Part shown: piece by piece, positions 63,673 to 64,000 of the stretch
Position numbering within the stretch: position 1 is the stretch's first letter
Layout: each line of letters begins with the position of its first letter
Assembly: GCA_013265495.1 (NCBI GenBank)
Contig: MU057989.1
Location: 1,815,513 to 1,879,512 of the forward strand
Length of the DNA: 64,000 nucleotides
DNA from: Vicugna vicugna
Lineage: Eukaryota
Reading direction: 5' to 3'
Made by a program: the position numbers and the translations under genes
The notes under the pieces: generated by a model
What the model was told of the DNA's origin: nothing
Database searches by the model: none
Seen by the model: the letters and a program-made list of their open reading frames with translations, nothing else

Positions 63673-63706
63673 ATCCATCAACAGATGACTGGATAAAGAG
63701 GATGTG

Positions 63707-63748
<42 letters not shown>

Positions 63749-64000
63749 GAATATTACTCAGCCATAAAAAAGAAAGAAATGATGCCATTTGCAGCAACAT
63801 GGATGGACCTAGAGATTATCACACTAAGTGAAGTTAAGTTAGACAGAGAAAGACAAATATCATATCACTTATAGGTGGAATCTAAAAAATAAAAGATACA
63901 AATTCTATTTACAATCCAAAAACAGACTCACAGACATAGAAAACAAACTATGGTTACCAAAGGGGAAAGGGCAGGTGGGATAAATTAGGGATTGGGGATT
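63673..64000 (+). mobile_element. L1 3' region (runs off the window) with an embedded (CA)n at 63710-63744
   Basis: tccatcaacagatgactggataaag...gcagcaacatggatggacctagag. Confidence 0.9.

Noticed and set aside
34300..64000. EEF1A1 or another coding gene downstream
   Set aside because: No recognisable coding exons or processed pseudogene seen on either strand.

Overview
Mammalian genomic DNA, very likely camelid: it carries about 42 copies of a tRNA-Ala(AGC)-derived SINE matching the camelid Vic-1 type. The first ~34.3 kb holds the 3' part of SLC17A5 (sialin, the lysosomal sialic-acid/H+ symporter) on the + strand. Eight coding exons (equivalent to human exons 4-11) have canonical AG/GT sites, splice into one continuous frame and are followed by a 3' UTR with an AATAAA signal at 34253. 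The rest is intergenic and contains L1, L2, L3/CR1, MIR, MaLR and ERV1 solo-LTR remnants, several CpG-rich putative regulatory patches and a 100-N assembly gap. I see no evidence for a new multi-gene system; almost all ORFs in the track are spurious or repeat-derived. The most notable observations are a frameshift-extended sialin C-terminus, a GC/CpG-rich block in the 3' UTR, inverted SINE pairs around exons, an AP-1 palindrome in a downstream CpG island, and nested or TSD-bounded insertions. Repeat family names and human-orthologue comparisons come from recalled consensus sequences, not from searches, and repeat boundaries are approximate.
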